Source: Methanococcus maripaludis
GTDB taxonomy: Archaea; AGJL01; Methanococci; Methanococcales; Methanococcaceae
Direction: 5' to 3'
DNA: 32,000 bases
Assembly (NCBI RefSeq): GCF_002945325.1
Contig: NZ_CP026606.1
Location: forward strand, 840,001 to 872,000
Part shown: piece after piece, positions 18,983-28,792 of the stretch
Layout: every line of letters begins with the position of its first letter
Numbering within the stretch: the stretch's first letter is position 1
Notes under the pieces: generated by a model
Databases searched by the model: none
What the model was told of the DNA's origin: nothing
What the model saw: the letters and a program-made list of their open reading frames with translations, nothing else
Translations under genes and position numbers: made by a program

Positions 18983-20488
18983 ATGAATGTATTAGTAAAT
19001 GATAAACCAAAATCTGGAAAAACGTTAAAAGATGTAATAAAAGACGAATATTATATCCCTGGGTCAAATATTGTAATTGTAAAGGGAACTGCCACAGTAA
19101 TTAAGGAAGAAACCAAAAAATACATGATAAAAACGACCAAGGGTTCTTTTGTAGTTGGAATAACTGAAGAAAACGAAAGTGTTGATTTCTGGAATAAAAA
19201 CTACAAATCTTTTGAAAAAAAATCCCCGATATGGAAAAGTATTTCTGATGTATCTTTTGGATCTATCGAGATAAATCTCCCAGTAAGTAGTTTAAAACAG
19301 AATTTTAAAAAGTGGGATGTTGTTTTAAGCGTTTCAGGGCTTGATACGAGTGAAGGAAATTTAATATTTGTTCAAAGAGATGTAACGGAATTATATGGTC
19401 TTGAAAATCCAAAAATAGGCATTTTAATTGGTGGAAAAAGAGTTTTAAAAGCCTTAACTGCCGATGACCAGATTATATCCATTGAAAAGATGCGAGAATC
19501 AAAAGAAAACATCGATTATGAAGTAACTACTGATTTAGATAAAGAAATTCAGGACGACTGGAAAATATACACATACTGTAAAGCAGAGCTTAATGGACCT
19601 TCAAAAAGTACAGAACATGCCCTTGCAATACTTGAAAACGGTACGTTGGAAATTTCAGAACATACAAATACATACGTTGCAGATTGCAGGCTTCAAACAT
19701 TATTAATTGATGAAGAAAATCCTGAAAACCGAGATAGGGGAACAATCACGGTTAGAAATGTCGGAAACGGTGTTGGGAAAGTCTACATATATCAAGAAAA
19801 CAGAGCATCTTCCCTATCCCATACGGTGGTTGGTAAAGTAACTGACGGAATTGAAATCGTTGATTTTTCAAATTCGGGAAAAATTACTGTAAAAACGAGT
19901 CCTGAAAGATTAAATTTAATTGGAAAAACTCAAAAAGATGCAAAAATTCTGTTTGAAAAACATGGAATCACATTTAAAATGGAAGGAAATACAGATGACG
20001 ATGCAATAATCGTTGAACAGGTGCCTGAATATACCATGGACATATTAAAATCGAAAGAAGTTACTACAAAAGGAATAGAACCTGAAAAATTATTATATGT
20101 TGAAATATTTGATAAAGAAGCTCCAACTACTGCATGGTACTTTAGAAAAACTACCGGCCTTACAACAAAAAGAATAGGGACGTTAAAAATATATTTCAAA
20201 CACGACGATATATCAATGTTTGAAAGAAATTGGGATTATTCAAAAGGATTATTACCTGAAAATACACCTAAAGGACCTGTTGATTCTGAAATAATTGCTG
20301 TTACGAACATGGCTAAAAGATATAAAGGATATATGGGCGTTAGGACCTCATCACATGATAAATACGGGCCAACAGGAGAAACATTTGAAGGTACAAATAT
20401 CGTTGGGAAAGTAGTTAAAAACGCAGAAATTTTAAAAAGCGTTAAACAGGGCGAAAATATATACATACTTGAAGTTAATTCAAATTAG
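18983..20488 (+). CDS. Methanogenesis marker protein 3
   Basis: MNVLVNDKPKSGKTLKDVI...GILIGGKRVLKALTADDQIISIEKMRES; start placed at ATG 18983 because the protein resemblance begins there. Confidence 0.8.
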   Translation: MNVLVNDKPKSGKTLKDVIKDEYYIPGSNIVIVKGTATVIKEETKKYMIKTTKGSFVVGITEENESVDFWNKNYKSFEKKSPIWKSISDVSFGSIEINLPVSSLKQNFKKWDVVLSVSGLDTSEGNLIFVQRDVTELYGLENPKIGILIGGKRVLKALTADDQIISIEKMRESKENIDYEVTTDLDKEIQDDWKIYTYCKAELNGPSKSTEHALAILENGTLEISEHTNTYVADCRLQTLLIDEENPENRDRGTITVRNVGNGVGKVYIYQENRASSLSHTVVGKVTDGIEIVDFSNSGKITVKTSPERLNLIGKTQKDAKILFEKHGITFKMEGNTDDDAIIVEQVPEYTMDILKSKEVTTKGIEPEKLLYVEIFDKEAPTTAWYFRKTTGLTTKRIGTLKIYFKHDDISMFERNWDYSKGLLPENTPKGPVDSEIIAVTNMAKRYKGYMGVRTSSHDKYGPTGETFEGTNIVGKVVKNAEILKSVKQGENIYILEVNSN

Positions 20489-20537
20489 TAAAATTATATG
20501 AAATTTGTTTATTTATAATATAGATGGAGGAATGAGT

Positions 20538-21698
20538 ATGGACTGGAAAGCTGTATCTCCGTACAACCCAAAATTAGATTTAAAAGACTGTTATTTGTAT
20601 GATACAACATTGAGAGATGGTGAACAGACCCCGGGGGTTTGTTTTACGGGAGACCAAAAACTTGAAATTGCTAAGAAACTGGATGAACTTAAAATTAAAC
20701 AGATTGAAGCAGGTTTTCCAATTGTTTCTGAAAACGAAAGAAAAGCCATCAAATCAATTACTGGTGAAGGATTAAATGCGCAAGTATTAGCATTATCAAG
20801 AGTTTTAAAAGAAGATATTGATAAAGCCATCGAATGTGACGTTGACGGGATAATTACATTTATTGCAACTTCTCCAATGCATTTGAAATATAAATTACAT
20901 AAGAATCTTGATGAAGTCGAAGAAATGGGAATGAAAGCTGTTGAATATGCAAAAGACCACGGTCTTTTTGTAGCATTCTCTGCAGAAGATGCAACAAGAA
21001 CCCCCCTTGAAGATATAATTAGAATTCATACAAATGCAGAAGAACACGGCGCTGATAGGGTCCATATTGCAGATACGCTCGGCTGTGCGACACCTCAGGC
21101 AATGTACCACATATGTTCTGAATTAAGCAAACACCTGAAAAAAGCACATATTGGAGTACACTGCCACAATGACTTTGGATTTGCAGTTATAAACTCAATA
21201 TACGGTTTAATCGGTGGTGCAAAAGCTGTATCTACCACGGTTAATGGCATAGGTGAACGAGCAGGAAATGCTGCAATTGAAGAAATTGCAATGGCATTGA
21301 AAGTACTTTACGACCACGATATGGGATTAAATACTGAAATACTAACTGAAATATCTAAACTCGTTGAAAACTATTCAAAAATCAAAATCCCTGAAAATAA
21401 ACCGCTTGTTGGAGAAATGGTATTCTACCATGAAAGCGGAATACACGTCGATGCCGTTTTAGAAAATCCTTTGACGTATGAACCATTTTTGCCTGAAAAA
21501 ATCGGTCAGAAAAGAAAAATTATCCTTGGAAAACATTCCGGTTGTAGGGCTGTCGCACACAGACTACAGGAACTCGGACTTGAAGCTTCAAGAGACGAAT
21601 TATGGGAAATTGTAAAGAAAACTAAAGAAACGAGAGAAGACGGTACTGAAATAAGCGACGAAGTGTTTAAAAACATTGCAGAAAAAATCATAAAATAA
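20538..21698 (+). CDS. aksA: Homocitrate synthase AksA (coenzyme B biosynthesis), isopropylmalate-synthase family
   Basis: [44 protein letters not shown]. AksA preferred over LeuA/CimA by length (~390 aa) and recalled sequence. GGAGG at 20526-20530. Confidence 0.78.
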   Translation: MDWKAVSPYNPKLDLKDCYLYDTTLRDGEQTPGVCFTGDQKLEIAKKLDELKIKQIEAGFPIVSENERKAIKSITGEGLNAQVLALSRVLKEDIDKAIECDVDGIITFIATSPMHLKYKLHKNLDEVEEMGMKAVEYAKDHGLFVAFSAEDATRTPLEDIIRIHTNAEEHGADRVHIADTLGCATPQAMYHICSELSKHLKKAHIGVHCHNDFGFAVINSIYGLIGGAKAVSTTVNGIGERAGNAAIEEIAMALKVLYDHDMGLNTEILTEISKLVENYSKIKIPENKPLVGEMVFYHESGIHVDAVLENPLTYEPFLPEKIGQKRKIILGKHSGCRAVAHRLQELGLEASRDELWEIVKKTKETREDGTEISDEVFKNIAEKIIK

Positions 21699-21723
21699 CT
21701 TAAAACTTTTTTAAGGTGGGAAT

Positions 21724-21882
21724 ATGTTTGGATTTAGCTGGATAATAACTGCAATTATTGCCGCAATTGTTGTCTTTTTAATTTTAAAAATCATGTTTAA
21801 AATGGTATTTACAACAATAAAATTAATATTGCTTTTTGCAGCGATAATCCTATTGGTTTATGCGCTAAGCGTATTAATCTAA
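21724..21882 (+). CDS. 52-aa predicted membrane microprotein
   Basis: Hand translation: MFGFSWIITAIIAAIVVFLILKIMFKMVFTTIKLILLFAAIILLVYALSVLI*, preceded by AAGGTGGGAAT. Not in the ORF track. Confidence 0.72.
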   Translation: MFGFSWIITAIIAAIVVFLILKIMFKMVFTTIKLILLFAAIILLVYALSVLI

Positions 21883-22148
21883 ACCTTTTTTGATTTAACT
21901 TTTTTAAAAAATTTTTAAAATAGAAAATTTTCCCAATTAGTTTGGAGTGGTGACTAAGAGAGATAAGTAGAGATATTTGGGTAACGTCATGTTTGTACAT
22001 AATGTGGCTATTTGATGGCTTAATGGTTGCAACCACAATAATAATTCATAGTTATAGTATATAATTATTACGAATTAAAAAAAAATCATACTAAAAATCA
22101 TATTTTTTAAAATTAGTATTATCAATAAAATCAATAAAAAAAATAGAA

Positions 22149-23489
22149 TTAAAATGGCCATATCCTTGGAATAACTGCAATTGCAACTACTGCACAAAGT
22201 ATTTCAAGTGGCCATCCTGATTTTGCGTAATCTTTAAATGAATAACCTCCGGGACCAAGTATGATCATGTTTGGAGGCGTTGCAATTGGAGTTAGGAAAC
22301 ATGAAGATGCTGCAACTGCAATTGCCATCAATATCGGTTTTGCACTAACGTCAAAAGCATCTGCAAGAGCAATTCCAAGAGGCATTACCAAGGCCGCTGT
22401 TGCAGTGTTTGACATTACTTCCGTAATTAATGCAGTCAGTACGTATGCTGCGGCTAAAAGTGCCAATGGGCTGTGAACATACGTAATAACCGTGTTTGCA
22501 ATCATTGTAGCTGCACCAGTTGCCGCCATTGCACTTCCAAGTGGAAGCATTCCTGCAAACAAAAAGATTGTTGTCCACGAAATACTGTTAAAAGCTTCCT
22601 GCATCGTGATACATCCAGTCATTACAACCATACACGCACCAAGCATGAATGCAGTTACAAGCGGGATAGTTCCAGTTGCTGTCATTAATACAACAAATGT
22701 AAACACGAGTGTTGCAATCCACATCTTGTTAGTTCGGTATTTCAAAGTATCTGACACAAAATCTTTTGCTTTTGCCTTAGATTCAGGCAGTAATTTATGC
22801 CCAATTGTTCCATAGTAAAGAATCCCTACGATAAATATAAGAATTCCAATTTTTGCAAACTCGAAAAATCCAAATGGAGCAATCCCTGATTTTTCAAGTG
22901 CATCGTTTACAAGCCCGTTTGGAGGAGTTCCAATTAAAGTTAACGTTCCACCAAGCGATGCAGCATAAGCCATAGGAATTAACAATTTTCCAGGTTTTAA
23001 ACTTGCAGAAACACATATGCCCATTACAATAGGAATAAATGCTGCTGTTGTTCCAGTATTTGATAAAAATGCAGACATTGTACCGATTGCAAGCATTACA
23101 AGAAGCATTAATTTTAACTGGCTCTTTCCTGCTGCTTTCACGGTAAGTTGCCCGATTTTATCTGCAAAACCCGTCCTAAATACTGCTTCACCAAGTATGA
23201 ATGCAGCCATAAACAGAACTACCCATTTATTTCCAAAATCGGCAAAGGCCCGAGAACTCGATAAAATATCTATCCCTGGAAAACTCAAAGCCACTGGAAC
23301 TAGCATTGCGGTAACAGGCAATGGAAGTGCTTCTGTGAAAAATAACACAGCCGCAGTTCCAAGAATTATAAGTGTAATTATCGCTTTTTGGCTGTTTATT
23401 CCGTCAGCAGATTCTTCATCCACGTACGCGATTTTTGTAAAGCCAATTAAAAATACGGCGAGCACGAGTAAAATAAGTGCTTTTTTCAT
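22149..23489 (-). CDS. DASS/SLC13-family anion (di/tricarboxylate or sulfate) permease
   Basis: 446 aa, multiple TMs, SNTGTTAAFIPIVMGI, GGTLTLIGTPPNGLVN, EVMSNTATAALVMPLGIALA, CFLTPIATPPNMIILGPG. Confidence 0.9.
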   Translation of the reverse strand: MKKALILLVLAVFLIGFTKIAYVDEESADGINSQKAIITLIILGTAAVLFFTEALPLPVTAMLVPVALSFPGIDILSSSRAFADFGNKWVVLFMAAFILGEAVFRTGFADKIGQLTVKAAGKSQLKLMLLVMLAIGTMSAFLSNTGTTAAFIPIVMGICVSASLKPGKLLIPMAYAASLGGTLTLIGTPPNGLVNDALEKSGIAPFGFFEFAKIGILIFIVGILYYGTIGHKLLPESKAKAKDFVSDTLKYRTNKMWIATLVFTFVVLMTATGTIPLVTAFMLGACMVVMTGCITMQEAFNSISWTTIFLFAGMLPLGSAMAATGAATMIANTVITYVHSPLALLAAAYVLTALITEVMSNTATAALVMPLGIALADAFDVSAKPILMAIAVAASSCFLTPIATPPNMIILGPGGYSFKDYAKSGWPLEILCAVVAIAVIPRIWPF

Positions 23490-23870
23490 AAAATCACCTC
23501 TTTTATCTAAATTTCGATAAATTCACCTCGTCGAATCGACATTAGAAAAACTTTTTGAAAAATCGTGTAAAATGAGAATGCATATAAAACTAGGCTATCA
23601 GTTTTTGAATAACTACTAACTTGTTTGATTGGTAGTTTTTAAAGAACTTCTGGGAATTTTTCCCGAGTTAAAAGTTTAGTCTCCGACAAATTACCTGAAT
23701 AGATACTGTTTCATTCTATCAGGAACTTTTATTCCTATATTCTGTGTGATATTTATTACTATTCATTTGAATCAGAATAGAATAATTCGTTAAACTTGAA
23801 AAATAATTCGTTAAAAAAGCGATTTTACAAAATAGAATATAAATTTAAACCAAAAAAGAAAAGTAATGGA

Positions 23871-24014
23871 TTATGCCCTAGCTTCTTTAGCTTTAGGCCT
23901 TAAATTTGTGTATCCACATTTTCTACATTTTGTAGCTTTCCATGAGTTTCTTGAGTTACATTTCATGCAAATCTTTTTCATGAAGACTCTTTTGATTGCT
24001 TCTTCGAATGCCAT
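23871..24014 (-). CDS. rpl40e: Large ribosomal subunit protein eL40 (L40e), 47 aa
   Basis: Hand translation: [47 protein letters not shown]; CxxC-CxxC zinc ribbon; AGGTGAAATA upstream. Not in the ORF track. Confidence 0.96.
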   Translation of the reverse strand: MAFEEAIKRVFMKKICMKCNSRNSWKATKCRKCGYTNLRPKAKEARA

Positions 24015-24018
24015 TATT

Positions 24019-24534
24019 TCACCTGTTTCGCATGTTATTTAAAATTTCGTTCTGAATCCTAATGATTTCATCAGATGTTTTTCCACAATACTGTTCAAGT
24101 AATTCTTTATTAACATCTATAAAAGTGTTTCCCCATTTGAAACCATTCAATAAAGAGACGGCCTCATTTTTATAGTTTGCTATATAGAGGGTAGCCACTA
24201 TTGCTTCTAAGGTAGTAAGTTTACAGGGTTTTCCGTAATTTACAGGATTTCCTGCAATTAAGAACGGTAAAACTCTTTGATTTCGGGCGTTTGTTTTTTT
24301 AAATACAATTTCAGCCTGTTTCCACGAACAGTCGAGTCCCAAAATTCCATATTTTTCGATAATTTCCCTATCTTCAACAGAAACGCTTTTTTCTGAATAG
24401 GGATTTAGTAAAAGTGAATTCCTCGGAACCTTGTTTGGGTTTGTAATTATTTTTGCGTACCCGAGTTTTCCCATTTTTAGTGCAGTACATCTTTTTGGGT
24501 CGCACTGTTTTTCATGATATATGAAAAGTTTCAT
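24019..24534 (-). CDS. Tsr3/DUF367-family 16S rRNA aminocarboxypropyltransferase
   Basis: [24 protein letters not shown]...LDCSWKQAE...[32 protein letters not shown]; GTGATTTTAATG start. Confidence 0.9.
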   Translation of the reverse strand: MKLFIYHEKQCDPKRCTALKMGKLGYAKIITNPNKVPRNSLLLNPYSEKSVSVEDREIIEKYGILGLDCSWKQAEIVFKKTNARNQRVLPFLIAGNPVNYGKPCKLTTLEAIVATLYIANYKNEAVSLLNGFKWGNTFIDVNKELLEQYCGKTSDEIIRIQNEILNNMRNR

Positions 24535-24600
24535 TAAAATCACTAAGATATATATGAATATAACACCTATGATGTTTTGAAATTTAAACCTACTGGTGAT

Positions 24601-25656
24601 ATGTTGAATTTAAAAAACACAAAAGCAGGTTTTTTGTTAAGTGCAGAACACGAAAAACTACCCGTCGCAGAATTAAATGCTTTAATCGATATTTTTAGTC
24701 TTGAAGGTAATTTAAACTGCTTTAAAAATTACGTAATATTGGAAAGTTCAATCTCAGAAGAAATTATAAAAAAAATGGTTAAAAGGGGAGGATACACAAA
24801 CGAAGGACACGTTATATTTTCAGAATCCCCAATAATTAACCAGAATGTAGATGAAACACTCGAAAATTTTTTTAAAAGTTCTGAAACACTCGATTTTCCA
24901 GTTGAAAGAGATGAAACTTTTGCAGTTCGTGTTTTAAAAATGGAAAAAGAAAGCCCATTTAATTCGATGGAAATCGAAAGAAAACTAGGGGGAATTATAA
25001 AGAAAAAAACTTCTGCACAGGTAAGTTTAAAAAACCCTTCAAAAACGGTTAAAGTCGTTATTTCAAACGATACAATGTATACAGGGATAGTTATTGAAAA
25101 ACGAGATGTTGAATACTTCCAAAATAACAGGCCCCACTTAAGAGCATATTTTCATCCAGGATGCATAATGCCAAAACTTGCAAGATGCCTTGTAAATCTA
25201 TCAAGAGTTAAAGAAGGGGAAATTGTTTTAGATCCATTCTGCGGAACAGGAGGATTCTTAATTGAAGCCGGATTTTTAGGATGCAGATTAATTGGTAGTG
25301 ACATTGATGAACAGATGGTAAATGGTGCACTACTAAACTTAAACACATATGATTTATCAAAACAAGTCATTTCAATAAAGCAAAACGATGCTAAAAACGT
25401 CTCAAAATATTTGGAAGACCTGAAAATTGAAAAGATAGATGGAATTGTAACTGATCCACCATATGGAATTTCCACATCTAAAAAAGGGGACATGTTAGAA
25501 ATATTTGAAAAAATTGTAGATGTTCTAAAAGATAATGATTATTTAGTATTTGCAGCACCAAACAGAATGGAACTTGATTTAAATTTAGTGGAATTCTACG
25601 AAATGAGAGTTCATAAAAGCCTTACAAGATATATTCACGTTTACAGAAAAAATTAA
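24601..25656 (+). CDS. tRNA (guanine(10)-N2)-methyltransferase-like (THUMP + Rossmann methylase)
   Basis: RPHLRAYFHPGCIMPKLARCLVNL, VLDPFCGTGGFLIEAGFLG, DGIVTDPPYGIST. Start is ATG 24601 or TTG 24604. Confidence 0.88.
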   Translation: MLNLKNTKAGFLLSAEHEKLPVAELNALIDIFSLEGNLNCFKNYVILESSISEEIIKKMVKRGGYTNEGHVIFSESPIINQNVDETLENFFKSSETLDFPVERDETFAVRVLKMEKESPFNSMEIERKLGGIIKKKTSAQVSLKNPSKTVKVVISNDTMYTGIVIEKRDVEYFQNNRPHLRAYFHPGCIMPKLARCLVNLSRVKEGEIVLDPFCGTGGFLIEAGFLGCRLIGSDIDEQMVNGALLNLNTYDLSKQVISIKQNDAKNVSKYLEDLKIEKIDGIVTDPPYGISTSKKGDMLEIFEKIVDVLKDNDYLVFAAPNRMELDLNLVEFYEMRVHKSLTRYIHVYRKN

Positions 25657-25679
25657 ACTTAAAAAAAGAAAAAATTTAT

Positions 25680-27590
25680 TTAATCATACTTGAAATCTTC
25701 AAGCTCTTTTTTAACTTCTTCTAAACTTGTGTTGTCTTCCAATGTGGTAACATCGCCTATCTCTTCGCCCATTATGAGTTTTTTCAATATTCTTCTCATT
25801 ATTTTTCCACTTCTTGTTTTTGGAAGTTTGTTTACAAAGAATATCATTGCAGGAGTTCCAATTGGGCCGACAGTATCTCGAATATGTTTGATAAGTTCAG
25901 CCTTTACTTCATTTGATGGAAGTTCACGGTATTTTTCGTTTAATATAACAAATGCAACAGGAACTTCTCCTTTCACATCATCTGGTTTTCCAACTACGGC
26001 AGACTCTGCAACCATTTTATTTGATACAAGTTCGTGTTCAAGTTCTGCGGTTCCAATCCTATGTCCTGAAACATTCAATACTTCGTCAGATCGTCCCAGT
26101 ACCCAAATGTATCCATCCTGGTCTTTTATTGCGTAGTCGGATGTTGAAAATTTATTTTTGAATCTATCCCAGTATGCAGCACGGTATCTTTCATCGTTGT
26201 TCCAGAGTCCTGCAAGCATTCCTGGCCATGGTCGTTTTATAATTAGATTTCCTTTTACATTTGCGTCAACAGGGTTTCCTTCGTTGTCTACAACATCAAC
26301 ATCAATTCCAATTCCAGGGAATGTTGCAGACCCTGGTTTTAATGGAACTGACTGGATTCCAATCGGTGGGTATATCATGTGGCCCCCAGTTTCAGTTTGC
26401 CAGTAGCAGTCGCAGATCGGGCATTTTTCTTTTCCAATTACTTTATAGTACCATTTCCAAGCTCTTGGATTTATCGGCTCCCCAACGCTTCCTAAAAGCC
26501 TCAATGTTGATAAATCGTGAGTATTTACCCATTTTTCACCATACATCATCAGCATTCTTATCGCAGTTGGTGCAGTGTATAGAATTGTAACTCCGTGATT
26601 TTCTACAATGCCCCACAATCGGTCGGGTTCCGGATAGTCTATCGCACCCTCATAGAGTACTATTGTAGCACCAAGCGATAATGGTCCGTACACTACGTAA
26701 GTGTGCCCCGTAATCCATCCAATGTCTGCAGTACACCAAAATACATCCATTTCATTTAATCCCCATGTCCAATCCATGGTTTTTGTAGCATAAGTTAGAT
26801 ATCCGCCTGTTGAGTGAACTACACCTTTTGGACTTCCTGTTGTACCGCTCGTGTATAGAATAAATAGAGGATGCTCTGATTCTACGGGAACAGGTTCTAC
26901 GTAACTTTTAGCACCTCCCATCAATTCATCCCAGTAATAATCTTTTCCTGAAACTAAATTGAGGTCTTCACTTCCCCTTTTTGCATAAACTACGTGTTTT
27001 ATTGAATTACAATTCAGTAAAGCTTTATCTAAGATTTTTTTAAGGTCAATCTCTTTTCCACGCCTGTATAAGAGGTTCGTAGTCACCAATATTTTTGATT
27101 TTGAATCGTTTATCCGATCAGCAAGTGCATCTGATGAAAATCCGGAAAATACAACGTTGTGAATTGCCCCAATTCTCGAACATGCGAGCATTGCAATAAT
27201 TGCCTCCGTCATCATCGGCATGTATATTGTGACAACATCGCCTTTTTCAACGCCCAAATTCTCAAGAACGTTTGCAAATTTATTTACTTCCCGGTATAGT
27301 TCATAATAAGTTAAAATTCCGCAACTGCCGTCTTCTTTTTCACAGATTATGGCTGCTTTGTTTCTCCTGTTTCCTTTTATGTGCCGGTCTACACAGTTGT
27401 AGCTTGCATTCAAACTGCCGCCTTTAAACCATTTTGCATAAGGAGGATTCCAGTCCAGTACTTTATCCCATGTTTTATCCCATTCTAAACATTTTGCCTG
27501 CTCTCCCCAGAATTTTTCAGGGTCATCCAAAGCTTTTTGCTGTAATTCTGAATATTTTTCAAGCATTATGTATTTGTCTCCAGTTTTCAT
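25680..27590 (-). CDS. acs: AMP-forming acetyl-CoA synthetase
   Basis: LFILYTSGTTGSPKGVVH, DVFWCTADIGWITGHTYVVYGPL, YWQTETGGHMI, LPKTRSGKIMRRILKK; about 636 aa. Confidence 0.95.
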   Translation of the reverse strand: MKTGDKYIMLEKYSELQQKALDDPEKFWGEQAKCLEWDKTWDKVLDWNPPYAKWFKGGSLNASYNCVDRHIKGNRRNKAAIICEKEDGSCGILTYYELYREVNKFANVLENLGVEKGDVVTIYMPMMTEAIIAMLACSRIGAIHNVVFSGFSSDALADRINDSKSKILVTTNLLYRRGKEIDLKKILDKALLNCNSIKHVVYAKRGSEDLNLVSGKDYYWDELMGGAKSYVEPVPVESEHPLFILYTSGTTGSPKGVVHSTGGYLTYATKTMDWTWGLNEMDVFWCTADIGWITGHTYVVYGPLSLGATIVLYEGAIDYPEPDRLWGIVENHGVTILYTAPTAIRMLMMYGEKWVNTHDLSTLRLLGSVGEPINPRAWKWYYKVIGKEKCPICDCYWQTETGGHMIYPPIGIQSVPLKPGSATFPGIGIDVDVVDNEGNPVDANVKGNLIIKRPWPGMLAGLWNNDERYRAAYWDRFKNKFSTSDYAIKDQDGYIWVLGRSDEVLNVSGHRIGTAELEHELVSNKMVAESAVVGKPDDVKGEVPVAFVILNEKYRELPSNEVKAELIKHIRDTVGPIGTPAMIFFVNKLPKTRSGKIMRRILKKLIMGEEIGDVTTLEDNTSLEEVKKELEDFKYD

Positions 27591-27642
27591 TATCATCCCT
27601 CAAATTTATTTGTCATTATTAATCATTATAGATACGACAAAG

Positions 27643-27652
27643 TATATATAAA
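27643..27652 (-). promoter_or_regulatory. Candidate TATA box for acs
   Basis: Plus-strand TATATATAAA 53-62 nt upstream of the acs start, in minus orientation TTTATATATA. Confidence 0.45.
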
Positions 27653-27899
27653 TTTCTACAGAGGAATTATTAAATCCGACAAGTAACGAAATATTGTTGA
27701 ATAAAATAGGAATTATTTGTAGATTCAGTTAATTATCAGTTTTTTAAAAATAAGGGTTGTTAAATAAAAACAGCATTATCGTGATTTTTCAATCAATAGT
27801 TTATTAATAATAAATTATATTAGTTATTCCGGTTATATGTACTATATTGTTTTATTAATTTTACGAGAATCCTTCATATTCATGTTAAACGGTGATATT

Positions 27900-28778
27900 T
27901 TGAAACAGATTGCATTTTACGGGAAAGGAGGCATTGGAAAGTCCACTACTGTTTGTAATTTAGCAGCTGCGCTATCCAAAAGTGGTAAAAAAGTTATCGT
28001 TGTTGGATGCGACCCAAAACACGATTGTACATCTAATTTAAGAAGTGGAGAAGATATTCCTACGGTTTTAGATGTTTTGAGGGAAAAGGGAATCGATAAA
28101 CTCGGGATTGAAACAATAATTCGTGAAAATTTACTAAAAAAAGAAGATATAATTTATGAAGGATTTAACGGAATTTACTGCGTCGAAGCAGGCGGCCCAA
28201 AACCCGGATACGGGTGTGCAGGCAGAGGAGTAATTGTTGTAATAGACCTCCTCAAAAAAATGAACGTTTTTGAAGATCTTGGTGTTGATGTAGTACTCTA
28301 CGATGTATTAGGTGATGTTGTGTGCGGAGGATTTGCAATGCCACTTAGAATGGGACTTGCTGACCAGATTTATGTTGTAACGTCTTCAGATTACATGGCA
28401 CTCTATGCTGCAAATAATATATGCAGTGGAATAAGCCAGTTTGTAAAACGTGGAGGAAGCACCCTTGGAGGCATAATTTACAATGTAAGAGGTTCAATGG
28501 ACGCATTTGATATTGTAAGTGAATTTGCAAACCAGTTAAATGCAAACATTATTGGAAAAGTTCCAAATTCACCAATAATCAATGAAGCTGAAATTGATGG
28601 GCAGACAGCAATAGAATATGCTCCAGAAGAAGAAATAAGTAAAATATATATGGAACTTGCAGAAAGTATATACCAAAATACTACTGGGACCACACCAAAT
28701 CCATTGGAAAACGCCCAGATTATGCAAATTGGAAAAATGATTAAAGAAAGAATAAAAAAACAGAAAATTACAGAATAG
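27900..28778 (+). CDS. cfbC: NifH-like reductase component CfbC (Ni-sirohydrochlorin a,c-diamide reductive cyclase)
   Basis: KQIAFYGKGGIGKSTT, VGCDPKHDCTSNL, EAGGPKPGYGCAGRG, DVLGDVVCGGFAMPLR. Start placed at TTG 27900 by GGTGAT-ATT-TTG; ATG 27882 lies upstream of that SD. Confidence 0.85.
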   Translation: MKQIAFYGKGGIGKSTTVCNLAAALSKSGKKVIVVGCDPKHDCTSNLRSGEDIPTVLDVLREKGIDKLGIETIIRENLLKKEDIIYEGFNGIYCVEAGGPKPGYGCAGRGVIVVIDLLKKMNVFEDLGVDVVLYDVLGDVVCGGFAMPLRMGLADQIYVVTSSDYMALYAANNICSGISQFVKRGGSTLGGIIYNVRGSMDAFDIVSEFANQLNANIIGKVPNSPIINEAEIDGQTAIEYAPEEEISKIYMELAESIYQNTTGTTPNPLENAQIMQIGKMIKERIKKQKITE

Positions 28779-28792
28779 ATGCGAGTGAAACC

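Noticed and set aside
21809-22036. 75-aa minus-strand ORF
   Set aside because: Overlaps the microprotein and the intergenic gap, has no SD at its predicted start and shows no family resemblance.
23017-23520. 167-aa plus-strand ORF
   Set aside because: Antisense to the start of the DASS permease and composition mirrors the permease codons.
23652-23664. GGGAATTTTTCCC as a possible NrpR (GGAA-N6-TTCC) operator
   Set aside because: Spacing and half-sites do not fit the known GGAA-N6-TTCC pattern.
25690-26590. Series of plus-strand ORFs opposite acs
   Set aside because: All antisense to the well-supported acetyl-CoA synthetase; shadow frames.
27900-28778. NifH-like protein as evidence for a nitrogen-fixation cluster
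   Set aside because: No nifD/K/E/N or nifI neighbours here, and the YGKGGIGKST/CAGRG protein next to other F430 genes in the window fits the CfbC role better.
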